In this document: positions 50,470-59,920 of the stretch, piece by piece | Numbering within the stretch: position 1 is the first letter of the stretch | Layout: each line of letters starts with the position of its first letter | NCBI GenBank assembly: GCA_963701965.1 | Contig: OY969695.1 | Location: forward strand, 2,848,001-2,912,000 | Reading direction: 5' to 3' | Length of the DNA stretch: 64,000 nucleotides | Source: an uncultured Gemmatimonadales bacterium | GTDB lineage: Bacteria; Gemmatimonadota; Gemmatimonadetes; Gemmatimonadales; Gemmatimonadaceae | Made by a program: the position numbers and the translations under genes | The notes under the pieces: model-generated | The model's input: only the letters and a program-made list of their open reading frames with translations | Told to the model about the DNA's origin: nothing | The model's database searches: none

Positions 50470-52320
50470 CTAGGCGGCTTGAGGGGTGGCCGCACGCGGC
50501 GGCCAGAGGCCAGATCTCACTTGAAGCCAGGTTTCCAAAGACAGCGCTGCGTAAAGGCGAATGACCGACGTTCCTCGACCGCGGCGAACGAGCGACATAG
50601 CGCCCCGCAGCTTGTCCCTTTGAATGCATCCGAGCTGAGCAAGAACAGGGTCTTTCAACATCGCCTTCAACTTCGACCGCTCCGCCGTAAGCGCCCAACG
50701 GGTACGTGCTCCGAGCGTTCCCTTGCCGACGCGATTTCGCACGCGATCCGGCAGTTCGCTGCCAAGAGCCTGTCGTAGAACCAGCTTTGTGACTCCCGGC
50801 TGCGCTATGAATTCCGGATTTAGACCGAGACAAAATTCGACCAACGGCCGATACAGGAACGGGTATCTAAGATCCACGTAGTGTTCGAAGGGTTCTCTCT
50901 CGATGAACGAAGGGAGTGCTTCGATTTGCCAGGCGAGCTCGCCATTGCCATAGCCGTCCGCACATTCCTCGTACCGACGCAGTCGCGACCGCCGGTCTGC
51001 GATCGCATATTGCTTCTCAAAACGGGGCTCCAGCCATGCAGGGAGCCCGCGCCGCGGCGGAATCAGCTTTCGGCGTAGCACCTGCGGAAGAAGAGGCTGT
51101 ATGGCGCATGCATACGCCAGACGCCAAAACGACGTGTGTGTGGTCGTTGCACGGCGCGCCATTGCGTCAATGGCGCGAAGAATCCGGCCGCCTGCAATGA
51201 GGTCGGTGATGAACCCAAGGTTCCCCGTCAGGTAGTGATCTGACCCGTATCCGCTCAGGAGCACTCTCCCCCCAGATTCTCGGACGATCCTACACATCTC
51301 TTGATCCCGCGCGTAGTACGGATACATCAGGCGTGGCTGATCAGTAATCGGCAGCCTCGTGGCATCTTCCCGCCACGGCCAGTAGTCGGCGATTCGTGCA
51401 TTGGGTATCTCGTACATACGCAGTACTTCGCGCACAAAATCGCTTTCATCGCCGCTACCGAGTGAATCAACGATCGTAACGGTACCCGCGAGGCCTGACG
51501 ATGCTCTACCCGCGCGATGAAGTCGCTCGGCCGCCGCGACGATGGATGACGAATCCAATCCTCCAGACAACTGCGCCCAGGTGCGCCCCTGACCTTCTAT
51601 GCGCGCCCCCACCGCCTCATCGAGGAGTAGCCGCAGCTGTTCTGCCGCCATCTCCGCGGACAGGCAATCGGTGCCACTCCATACGAGATCTCGTGCCCGC
51701 CAAAAATATTCGATACGGATGCCACGGGCCGACGCGACTAACATTGCGCCCGCCGGCACGGCACTCACCCCCCGATAAATGGTCCGCTCGGAAGTGACAC
51801 ACCCGTGGACTAGGAAATCGGCAATGTATTCGTAATCCACCTCGTCATCCGCCGCGATCAGTGATGCATGTGTCGATAGCCATATGCCGTTAGTCGTCGT
51901 GCGGTAGTAGAGAGGGGCCACCCCGAAGCAATCCCGCGCAGCGACGACTTCTTGTCGCCCCGGACGCCATGTCACGATCGCAAAATCCCCAGTTATAGCG
52001 CGCATGGCAGCGGCGCCGTTAAGCAGCGACTGGGCAGCGCACATCATGTCGCGTTCCCCCTTCTCGTGGCCGCTGTCAATGTCGACGAGGCTCGGCGCAT
52101 CGAGCCGTGCCATACCAACACTCACAGCGTCGTCGCTACCGACCGTCGACACTCTCGGCGTTGCCTCGTTGTGGCTGTCAATGTAAGCGGCAAAGCCGCC
52201 ACCGGTCATCCATGTGCCCTTGCCGGCAGCAATCCTCGAGTGACGCAATGCCACAATGTGGCGCTCATCGTGCGATAGGGTTCGGCCATCATAGTTGATG
52301 GCGCACACAAAGGCGCTCAT
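50470..52320 (-). CDS. Lasso cyclase C (asparagine synthetase-like)
   Basis: ARDCFGVAPLYY, LSGGLDSS, LLSGYGSD, RYPFLYRPLVEF; no Cys at mature position 1; ATGA-coupled to B2. Confidence 0.9.
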   Translation of the reverse strand: MSAFVCAINYDGRTLSHDERHIVALRHSRIAAGKGTWMTGGGFAAYIDSHNEATPRVSTVGSDDAVSVGMARLDAPSLVDIDSGHEKGERDMMCAAQSLLNGAAAMRAITGDFAIVTWRPGRQEVVAARDCFGVAPLYYRTTTNGIWLSTHASLIAADDEVDYEYIADFLVHGCVTSERTIYRGVSAVPAGAMLVASARGIRIEYFWRARDLVWSGTDCLSAEMAAEQLRLLLDEAVGARIEGQGRTWAQLSGGLDSSSIVAAAERLHRAGRASSGLAGTVTIVDSLGSGDESDFVREVLRMYEIPNARIADYWPWREDATRLPITDQPRLMYPYYARDQEMCRIVRESGGRVLLSGYGSDHYLTGNLGFITDLIAGGRILRAIDAMARRATTTHTSFWRLAYACAIQPLLPQVLRRKLIPPRRGLPAWLEPRFEKQYAIADRRSRLRRYEECADGYGNGELAWQIEALPSFIEREPFEHYVDLRYPFLYRPLVEFCLGLNPEFIAQPGVTKLVLRQALGSELPDRVRNRVGKGTLGARTRWALTAERSKLKAMLKDPVLAQLGCIQRDKLRGAMSLVRRGRGTSVIRLYAALSLETWLQVRSGLWPPRAATPQAA

Positions 52321-52757
52321 AGCGTCGGCAACGGCAACTGAGCCAACCCGCGCGTAATTTCGCCAGTCTCATTAAGCGGCGCCCCATTGTACTCAACCCA
52401 CGCGTGCGCCGTGAAGCCGTACGGCTGCACCCCCAGGCGAAAGACAGAGTCCACTCCGCTCCGCCGAAGCAGGTGATGCAGTGTCAGCGACTGCTCCAGA
52501 CAGTACGCGCGACCGGGAAAGAATGCACCTGCGACCGCCACTTTCCGTACTATTTCGGTGAGCACCGTCGTCTCGACGCACTGTCGTGGGCGCACCGTGG
52601 CGCATAGTGCATTACTAAGTCTCATCGTCCGACCGAGGCCGCCAACGCGCAATGCAAGCTTGATCCAGATAAGCGTCACTACGCAGGTCATGGTACCGGG
52701 TACCGCTAAACGTCTGCCAGTCATGGCAGCTTGAGATCGGTCATCGTGTGCGCGCAT
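52317..52757 (-). CDS. Lasso leader peptidase B2 (transglutaminase-like)
   Basis: CLEQSL...LGVQPYGFTAHAWVE; TGATG overlap with B1. Confidence 0.92.
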   Translation of the reverse strand: MRAHDDRSQAAMTGRRLAVPGTMTCVVTLIWIKLALRVGGLGRTMRLSNALCATVRPRQCVETTVLTEIVRKVAVAGAFFPGRAYCLEQSLTLHHLLRRSGVDSVFRLGVQPYGFTAHAWVEYNGAPLNETGEITRGLAQLPLPTL

Positions 52758-53056
52758 CAGACGGCTACGAGCTGTGACTGATAGAGATCTAGCAAAAGCG
52801 TCACCACGTCCCGTTCGAGACGTTCGCGAGGCACGTCGTAATTCGGTGCTAACTGGTCGACGATAGCTGCCACCGTGTGATACTGCTCGAGCAACGACCA
52901 CACATCACCACCGATTTCGTTGAGGGAGTAGTACCGACTCCGCTTCACGTCAAGAAGCACTGTGGCTTGGCCATGCCGAGTGAAAATGATATGCCTATGT
53001 GCTGAGATAGTGGCGGATAGCCGAATGGTTGCGTCGTTCGCAGATCGCTGGGGCAT
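52757..53056 (-). CDS. Lasso RRE B1 (PqqD family); start uncertain
   Basis: VLLDVKRSRYYSLNEIGGDVWSLL...YDVPRERLERDV. Confidence 0.92.
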   Translation of the reverse strand: MPQRSANDATIRLSATISAHRHIIFTRHGQATVLLDVKRSRYYSLNEIGGDVWSLLEQYHTVAAIVDQLAPNYDVPRERLERDVVTLLLDLYQSQLVAV

Positions 53057-53309
53057 ACGCCTTACCGGGATGATGGAACGCGCTGTCATCGACACGTGCG
53101 CGAACGTTACGCCACCATGCGTTGGGACGATAGCGTCGGTACGGGCCAGATACCTCCGTGACAGGCTGACAGCACGCATCGCTCATTGAGTCACGAATAC
53201 ACGTACGGTCTATCCTGTCTTTACGACGCTAGGACGAGAACGTGGTGATCGCACGACCCACGGCGCCTCAGAGCGATCGGCACCGCCACACTCTACGTAG
53301 GAGATACGA

Positions 53310-54209
53310 ATGTCTTTGGCGGACTATGCCGTCGGGAAGATTCTGAGCGGCAGATATCGCATCCTCGAACATAGGGCAGGTGGTGGGCAGGCAATCGTGC
53401 TCCGTGTGGAGCACACCTTCCTGCACCGCCAGCTGGCGATGAAAATTGCCAGACGGCGGATCAGCGTTGGCCCACCGCGAATCCTCGAGGAGGCTGAGAC
53501 TCTAGCCGCGATAAATCATCCTGGCATCCCCGCAATCGTCAATGCAGGGGTATTGGCAGACGATCGTCCCTACCTGGTCTCGGAATGGATTGATGGCCGG
53601 TCGCTCGCTGAATTAGCCGCCGTGCACGCCTGTAGCCCGCGTGCCGCTGTTCAAACCATGGCTGCCTTGAGCGCCATTGTTGGCGATTTGCATGCGCTGG
53701 GCGTTCTACATCGTGACCTGAAACCAGCGAACATCCTGATACCTATGAACGGGGAGCACCCAGAGTATGCAACCCCCAAGCTGATTGACTTCGGCGTTTG
53801 TGACACTCTAAATGTCGACGTCGCCGGCGGAGTGCGCACAACTGGCAGCGGACGCACCAGTGGCACGGCGCTCTACAGCGCGCCGGAACAGATCGCTGGA
53901 CGGCGTCAATCAATGACGACCGACGTATTCGGTCTGGGTGCAATCCTGTTCGAGTTGCTGTGCGGCCATCCTCCGCTCGCTCCCACCGGGGAGGTGTCAC
54001 TGTTCGAGCTGGATTGCGGAGGTGAAAAGATGGCAATTCCCGTCGCAGTCAATCGACTTATCGCCAATGTGCCGGTACCGGAGATTGCGGGCGTGCCAAC
54101 CAGTGTTCGCGAAATTGTTCAACAGTGCCTGCGCAACGAACCAGAGGGACGCCCACAATCCGCCGCTGAAGTGGCGGTGACGCTGCAAGGCGCGTTAGCG
54201 ACGTGGTAG
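53310..54209 (+). CDS. Stand-alone Hanks-type Ser/Thr kinase
   Basis: AGGAG RBS; GGGQAIV, AMK, HRDLKPANIL, DFG, YSAPE; no TM or sensor domain. Confidence 0.88.
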   Translation: MSLADYAVGKILSGRYRILEHRAGGGQAIVLRVEHTFLHRQLAMKIARRRISVGPPRILEEAETLAAINHPGIPAIVNAGVLADDRPYLVSEWIDGRSLAELAAVHACSPRAAVQTMAALSAIVGDLHALGVLHRDLKPANILIPMNGEHPEYATPKLIDFGVCDTLNVDVAGGVRTTGSGRTSGTALYSAPEQIAGRRQSMTTDVFGLGAILFELLCGHPPLAPTGEVSLFELDCGGEKMAIPVAVNRLIANVPVPEIAGVPTSVREIVQQCLRNEPEGRPQSAAEVAVTLQGALATW

Positions 54210-54361
54210 GCCAGAGAGTGCTGTCTATCAGCCAGGCTGTGGCTGTGGTCGCCTTGGCTTGCGTCGCGGTATCGACGGCCTGACAATGCTATGCGACCGA
54301 TTGAATGATCAGCGTGAAGTCCCTGTCGGTTCGTGAATTATTAGGCCGGCCGCCTTCACCG

Positions 54362-56254
54362 TCAGCGGTATCCGGCAGCCTGCATCGAGAAGAGTTCACT
54401 GTAGAGCCCTCCCCGACCGAGCAAATCAGTGTGGGTGCCATGATCTGCAATGCAGCCACCCTGAAGCACGATGATCCGGTCCGCCATTCGCACAGTGGAG
54501 AATCGATGCGAAATGAGAACGGCGGTGCGCGCCGTCGCGAGTTCCGAGAAGCGACTGAACACCTCATATTCGGCGCGTGCATCAAGCGCTGAAGTCGGTT
54601 CATCTAATATGAGAACTTGGGCTTGACGCATGTACGCGCGTGCGATCGCGACCTTCTGCCACTCGCCTCCGGACAAGTCTATGCCCCCATCAAAACGACG
54701 TCCGAGAACTTGGCGATAACCGGCGGGTAACTGCGTTAGCAGAGACGATGCCAGGGAACGTTCGGCCGCCCTCGCAATTGCAGGATGCACCGGGTGCTTC
54801 AAATCACCCTTGAGATCGTCGAGCTCATCGAAATGATTGCGAGACGCCTCGATTTCTCCGACGCCAATGTTTTCGTCAAACCGAAAATCGTAACGAACAA
54901 AGTCTTGAAAAATGACGCCAATCGCGCGACGCAGCGATGCGATGTCGTATTCGCGGAGATCAACGCCATCAAGGAAAATCCGACCTTCGGTCGGGTCATA
55001 GAGTCGCGTCAGCAGTTTTGTGAGAGTCGTCTTGCCTGCGCCGTTCTCGCCTACGAGAGCGATGCGTTCACCGACACCCAGCGCCAGGTCAATGTGCCGT
55101 ACGGCCCATCGCTCACTGTTGTGGTAGCGGAACCCGACATCCTGAAAAACGAAGCCTTCGTGAATGTGGGCCGGTACCAGGACGGCGTTGTGCCGGGCAG
55201 CGATAGTCGGACGAATCTCGAAGTAAAGAAAGAGATCGCGGAGATACAGTGTTTGTTCGTAGATGTCACGCCCCGTCTGGAGAATGCTCGCGATGTACGA
55301 ACGACTGCCGGAGAAAGACGAAGCCAGGAAGGTTAAAGCGCCAATGGTTATGCGGCCGCGCATCGCATCTACGAGGATAAACACATAGGCGACGTAGTAT
55401 CCAAGAGTGCCCAAGATTGGCAGGGCACCACTGATGAAGGCGCGCTGAACCGCCAACGCCTTGTTTTCCTCGTAAAATTGCTGCGAAAGGCGCCGAAAAC
55501 GATCAGTCAGCCAGGGTGCGAGACCAAACATCTGCACTTCTTTGGCAGAGCGATCGCTGGACCCCACATAACGAAGATACTCGAGCATGCGCCGTCCTTC
55601 GGTGCGGCCGAAGAACAAGGAGTAGGCTCGGCGACTGTAGTGCGTCTCGCCGAGAAAACTTGGAAGGATGGCTAGCACCAGCAGTGCCAGCAGCCACGGG
55701 TTGAACGCAACGATCGCCCCACTCAAGCTGAGCAGCGTCAGCGCATACTGCGCGATGCTAAGGAGCTGGCCGAGTAGGCCAAGCCGCGCGGTCGAGTTTT
55801 GCCGCGCACGCTCGAGCAGGTCGTAAAACTCCGGATTCTCAAACTGCGCGAGATCGAGCGTCGCCGCGTGCTCCATGATGCGCACACTGACGTGGTTCGT
55901 GAACAGATCCCCAAGCAAAACCTCGACCAACGTCGACGCTCGCGAGATCGCCTGATCCGCGACGACGATCGAGATCTCGATCGCCACCAGCGTCCACAAG
56001 TGATGCCAATCCGGCCCCCGGAGCCGCGCCTTCACCACCGCGTCGATGATGAGCTTGGCCACCCACATCGTGGCGAGCGGCGTCGCGGCGCGCACGATGC
56101 GCAGTACCATCATCGCCACCGTGAGCGGCCAGCTCGTCTCCCAGATGAGCGCGATGAACTTGGGAACGTAGCGGAGCGCCGAGATACGCTCGCGAAGCTT
56201 GGGCGGCTCCTTGGTCGTGCCGGCGCCGGCGCCGTTGCCGTTGTGCGTCGCCAT
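54362..56254 (-). CDS. ABC exporter (fused TMD-NBD)
   Basis: TM region; GENGAGKTT, LSGGEWQK, ILDEPT, SHRFSTVRMAD. Confidence 0.92.
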   Translation of the reverse strand: MATHNGNGAGAGTTKEPPKLRERISALRYVPKFIALIWETSWPLTVAMMVLRIVRAATPLATMWVAKLIIDAVVKARLRGPDWHHLWTLVAIEISIVVADQAISRASTLVEVLLGDLFTNHVSVRIMEHAATLDLAQFENPEFYDLLERARQNSTARLGLLGQLLSIAQYALTLLSLSGAIVAFNPWLLALLVLAILPSFLGETHYSRRAYSLFFGRTEGRRMLEYLRYVGSSDRSAKEVQMFGLAPWLTDRFRRLSQQFYEENKALAVQRAFISGALPILGTLGYYVAYVFILVDAMRGRITIGALTFLASSFSGSRSYIASILQTGRDIYEQTLYLRDLFLYFEIRPTIAARHNAVLVPAHIHEGFVFQDVGFRYHNSERWAVRHIDLALGVGERIALVGENGAGKTTLTKLLTRLYDPTEGRIFLDGVDLREYDIASLRRAIGVIFQDFVRYDFRFDENIGVGEIEASRNHFDELDDLKGDLKHPVHPAIARAAERSLASSLLTQLPAGYRQVLGRRFDGGIDLSGGEWQKVAIARAYMRQAQVLILDEPTSALDARAEYEVFSRFSELATARTAVLISHRFSTVRMADRIIVLQGGCIADHGTHTDLLGRGGLYSELFSMQAAGYR

Positions 56255-56260
56255 GCGCGG

Positions 56261-56446
56261 TCAGTGGTGCGTGGCGAGCGACACGGGATCGCTAGAGTGG
56301 AGACCCATCCGCCCCGTCTCGTGACGCCCGTGCCGGTGCCCGCTCCGGTACACCGTGCACAGGGGGTCCACCACGAGCGACCACGTGTACGCGGCGGCGA
56401 TCACGGTAGCGGTAGACAAGACCACGAGGCGCAAACGAAACGACAT
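56261..56446 (-). CDS. Small hypothetical protein with N-terminal hydrophobic segment and His-rich tail
   Basis: MSFRLRLVVLSTATVIAAAYTW...GHRHGRHE...THH; ends 6 bp before the ABC start. Confidence 0.45.
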   Translation of the reverse strand: MSFRLRLVVLSTATVIAAAYTWSLVVDPLCTVYRSGHRHGRHETGRMGLHSSDPVSLATHH

Positions 56447-56531
56447 GACGGTGAGCTCCACTCACCGCAACGTACGAAACCTCGCCCGCCCGGGATACGA
56501 ACCACCGGGCGAATCGCGGCCGCCTAGTGCG

Positions 56532-57347
56532 CTACCACCGCTCCGGAGGATCCGGCGGATCGTCCAGGTGCAGATCCGAGATCGCGCGCCGCGCGTGAGT
56601 ATCCGGACGCACCCACCCCCACAACATCTTCCGCTTGATGTCCTCGAGCGGCGAGATCATCGTCCACCCGTCCCCGGTCTTCTCGATCAGCTTCGACTCG
56701 TCGGGGTGATGCAGCTTCGCCTTGATGTTCCGAAAAACGCCGGTATACTCGCGACTCGTCGGCGACACACGCCCGCCGAAGTACGCGTCGATCAACGTGT
56801 CGTTCTTCACGCTCTTGCCGTTCACGATCAGCAAGTGGAACAGGACGTCGAGCTCCTTGCCGACGACCCGGAACGTGCGGTTGCCGCGATGCACGACGCC
56901 CGAGCGCAAGTTGATCTTGATCTCGCCGATCTCGACGATCGGCTCGCCCGGCGGCTCCGGCTTGGCCGACCCCTTGAGAAACCCCACGACCTGACGCTCC
57001 AACTGCTCGGCGTCGAACGGCTTCTCGATCAACGACAGACCAAGCTCGATCCGGTCCAGATCCACGAGCTCCGCGGGATAGCCCGTCATCAACAACACCG
57101 GCATCGTGCTGCCGCTCTTCCGCATGATCCGGTAGACGTCGATGCCCCTCACATTTGGCAAGAACACATCGAGCAACAACATTGCCGGCGCCGGGATCGT
57201 CAGCACCGCCCGCAAACACCGCGGCGCATCCAACGCCATGCGCACGTGGTACCCGGCCTCGCGCAACGTTCGATCGGCCAATGCCAGGACCGCGGGCGCG
57301 TCCTCGCATACCACAATCGTCGATTCCGCCGTCGATGAACCAACCAT
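56532..57347 (-). CDS. Response regulator, receiver plus divergent winged-helix output
   Basis: VVCED, LLLDVFLP, LMTG, KPF. Confidence 0.8.
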   Translation of the reverse strand: MVGSSTAESTIVVCEDAPAVLALADRTLREAGYHVRMALDAPRCLRAVLTIPAPAMLLLDVFLPNVRGIDVYRIMRKSGSTMPVLLMTGYPAELVDLDRIELGLSLIEKPFDAEQLERQVVGFLKGSAKPEPPGEPIVEIGEIKINLRSGVVHRGNRTFRVVGKELDVLFHLLIVNGKSVKNDTLIDAYFGGRVSPTSREYTGVFRNIKAKLHHPDESKLIEKTGDGWTMISPLEDIKRKMLWGWVRPDTHARRAISDLHLDDPPDPPERW

Positions 57348-57633
57348 AGGCCCGGGCCAGTGAAAAAGGGCAGGCTAGGAAGTTGTCAGAAGAAACGCAC
57401 GGCGCAAGGCTCTAGCGAGCTCAACCATACACCGAAGTGAGCCGCAGGTGAGCCAGAATACGCATATTGGTTTGCTTGTGCGTCGTTACATGACGGTCCG
57501 TCCCTTGAACTGACCACGTAACGGGGGATCGCTCGTTGATCCGCTTCGACTTCCGATCCGCGTAGGCAACGCTTCCCTCGAAACGTATAGTATGTAGCCG
57601 CATAGGGTACGGATGAGGCAAACTAGGCACCGT

Positions 57634-57912
57634 ATGACACCACAGGCACCACAGCAGCCTATACCACAAACTGGTTTGGATCGGCCTGAAGCGCCCGCGC
57701 GTATCACGTTCGCGACAAACGTGCGACGCGCGCGGACGCAGTTGGGCATCTCCCAAGAAAAGCTCGCCGAACTGTCCGGGTTACACCGGACATTCGTCAG
57801 CTCGGTGGAACGGGGAGAGCGCAACATCTCGGTCGACAACATGGAACGCGTCGCGTCCGCGCTGCGCGTCAAGTTGGCGATCCTCCTCACCCCCACGCCG
57901 ATCATCGATTGA
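57634..57912 (+). CDS. XRE-family HTH regulator (controller-protein-like)
   Basis: NVRRARTQLGISQEKLAELSGLHRTFVSSVERGERNISVDNM. Confidence 0.9.
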   Translation: MTPQAPQQPIPQTGLDRPEAPARITFATNVRRARTQLGISQEKLAELSGLHRTFVSSVERGERNISVDNMERVASALRVKLAILLTPTPIID

Positions 57913-58054
57913 CGGCGAGGACACACCGGTAACCCACCACCGGTGGTGAGGCGACCGAGCGGCTGTCGGTGCACTTCCCACGCGTCCCGGCGATCCCGCT
58001 GAGAACGCGCCAGCCGCGGATCGACCCACGACTTGCCACACGAGACAAGCGCGC

Positions 58055-59086
58055 CTAACGCGCCGCCGCAGACGGCGCCGTCCCGTACGGCTCGTCGAAC
58101 ACGAGATCCCGCGCCACCAACACCACGAATGACGTCCCGCCCCGCACCGTGATCACCGGCGTGAGTTGGGCGTCGGCGCGCAACATCTCGAGCGTCCGCT
58201 CGGAGATCTGCTCGCCGAACGATCCCGCCACGACCTGGCCCGCGCTCGGCGTCGTATAGGGCGCGCCCGCGCCGGCGTTGGGTTGACTCAACTGCCCCGC
58301 CGCGCCGACCAGCGACAATAGCGCGGCGTCGATATACGCGTGGGCGATATGCGTGTCCACCGCGCCGCGCAGCCCGGCCGTCCCGCTCTCGTCGCCGGCT
58401 TCGAATCCCGGCAGCGCCATCGAACGCCCATCAGGAAAAAGGAGACGCGTCCATACCACGAGCAACGCGTCCTCCCCGCGGCCCACCTGCGTGTCGTAGC
58501 GCCCAATGAGACGGGAGCCGCGCGGCACCAATACCCAACGCTGGCGCGGCGTGTCGTACACGTCGCGCGTGACTTGGGCGACAACCTGACCGGGTATCGT
58601 CGAACGGATCTCGGTCACGAGCGCAACGGACACCACGGTGCCGGTCTGCACGGTGTACGGTGAATCCAACGCGTGCACGCTCGACGACGTGTCCAACCGC
58701 TCGGCCGCGGACAAGAACTGCGCGTGGGGCGCGGTCGATGGCGGCGCGTCGGACGCCGGCGCTCTCTCGCGCGCCGTGCGTACCAACGGTGCGCTCACTA
58801 ATGCGCGGGTGTACGACGTTGGTACGGGTTGGGGAAGTGGGGCGCTCATGATACTGGATACCGGGCGCACCGCAACGCGATGCGAGGTATCGGGAGTGGG
58901 ACTGGGAAACGATGGACGCTGCGCGGCCACGGGCCGCGGCGCCGTGGGATGGTCGGGCGCCACGGGACGCACCGCCGACCACAGAACGACACACGCGGTA
59001 ACGCCGGCAACGATCGCCGCGGCGAGCAGCGCGGTGTGATTGAGACGCGCGGGCTTGGGCGGGGTCGGTCGATAGGCCGAGCTCAC
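58055..59086 (-). CDS. trbI: Conjugal transfer protein TrbI/VirB10
   Basis: PGQVVAQVTRDVYD, VPRGSRLIGRY, VWTRLLFPDG, G-x-AGL-x-G-x-VD-x-H. Confidence 0.92.
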   Translation of the reverse strand: MSSAYRPTPPKPARLNHTALLAAAIVAGVTACVVLWSAVRPVAPDHPTAPRPVAAQRPSFPSPTPDTSHRVAVRPVSSIMSAPLPQPVPTSYTRALVSAPLVRTARERAPASDAPPSTAPHAQFLSAAERLDTSSSVHALDSPYTVQTGTVVSVALVTEIRSTIPGQVVAQVTRDVYDTPRQRWVLVPRGSRLIGRYDTQVGRGEDALLVVWTRLLFPDGRSMALPGFEAGDESGTAGLRGAVDTHIAHAYIDAALLSLVGAAGQLSQPNAGAGAPYTTPSAGQVVAGSFGEQISERTLEMLRADAQLTPVITVRGGTSFVVLVARDLVFDEPYGTAPSAAAR

Positions 59087-59092
59087 GATGCA

Positions 59093-59920
59093 TTACTCGC
59101 GAGCGAACAAGCGCGTGTTGATGATCTCGACCTGACGCGGGCGACGCCCATCCTCGGTCCCGCGCAAAATGGCGCGCGCGAATACGCGATCGGTGATGTA
59201 CGTATCGTTGGCGACGACGTAGTTGAGCACCGCCGTGCTCCCATCGGCGAGCTCCAAAAACAACACGGGCAGCGCACCCTTCCGAGCGTCGGCGCCCAGA
59301 CGCACGAAGGCGTGCACACCGTCGTCGTACACGGCGGCCGGCGCCCAGGGAATCTTCCCATCGGCGCTCCACCGATACGTGAATGCCAATGACTCGGGAC
59401 GCACCGCGTCGCCGCTGGCCGCACCCTCGGCCCGCGCGACGAGAGCGGCGGGATAATAGAACCGCACGTGCCGCGTGTACCGCGCGGCGCGATGCCCGCA
59501 GGCGGGCGCGTCCAACGCCAGATCGTATACGCGCCGGTCGGTCGAGACCACGAGATTGGTGCCGAGGTCGCAGGCGGTGGGCTTCACGATGAGGAGCGGC
59601 GTGCGCCCGCCGGCGCCGCTCCCGGCCTGATCGATGAGCCACCGCTCGGTGTCGCCCAACGCGGTCGCCAACACGCGCTCGCCGGCCTCGAGCTCGATGA
59701 CGCACGCGCGCAAAGGCGCGCACGTCACGGTCGGCTGGCTGTGCCCGAACGGGAACACGACGGCGTCACCGACCTCGACGGTCCGGGGCGACCACCCGCG
59801 CAGGACCTCCCGCTCGGCGATAGCAACAGGATCGGCCGTGGTATCGACCTGGGCCCCGAGGGGCGCCAACCCCACCACCAGGAACCCTACAATCATTAGA
59901 TACGTGAGATACGTCCTCAT
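59093..59920 (-). CDS. trbG: Conjugal transfer protein TrbG/VirB9
   Basis: Signal peptide; CAPLRACVIELEAGE, GDTERW, TNLVVSTDRRVY, VYDDG. Confidence 0.9.
   Translation of the reverse strand: MRTYLTYLMIVGFLVVGLAPLGAQVDTTADPVAIAEREVLRGWSPRTVEVGDAVVFPFGHSQPTVTCAPLRACVIELEAGERVLATALGDTERWLIDQAGSGAGGRTPLLIVKPTACDLGTNLVVSTDRRVYDLALDAPACGHRAARYTRHVRFYYPAALVARAEGAASGDAVRPESLAFTYRWSADGKIPWAPAAVYDDGVHAFVRLGADARKGALPVLFLELADGSTAVLNYVVANDTYITDRVFARAILRGTEDGRRPRQVEIINTRLFARE

Larger units (their letters stand above)
40200..55900. mobile_element. Lower-GC genomic island carrying the lasso-peptide cluster (boundaries approximate)
   Basis: By eye, an abrupt rise in A/T and A/T-ending codons from about 40.2 kb to about 55.9 kb. 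Confidence 0.6.

Noticed and set aside
49881..50833. The 108-aa and 195-aa ORFs as given in the track
   Set aside because: Only their last 60 codons have an RBS and leader motifs. The N-terminal extensions overlap the cyclase or intergenic DNA.
50470..52320. Housekeeping asparagine synthetase
   Set aside because: It lacks the N-terminal catalytic Cys and is coupled to lasso B2/B1 and the precursors.
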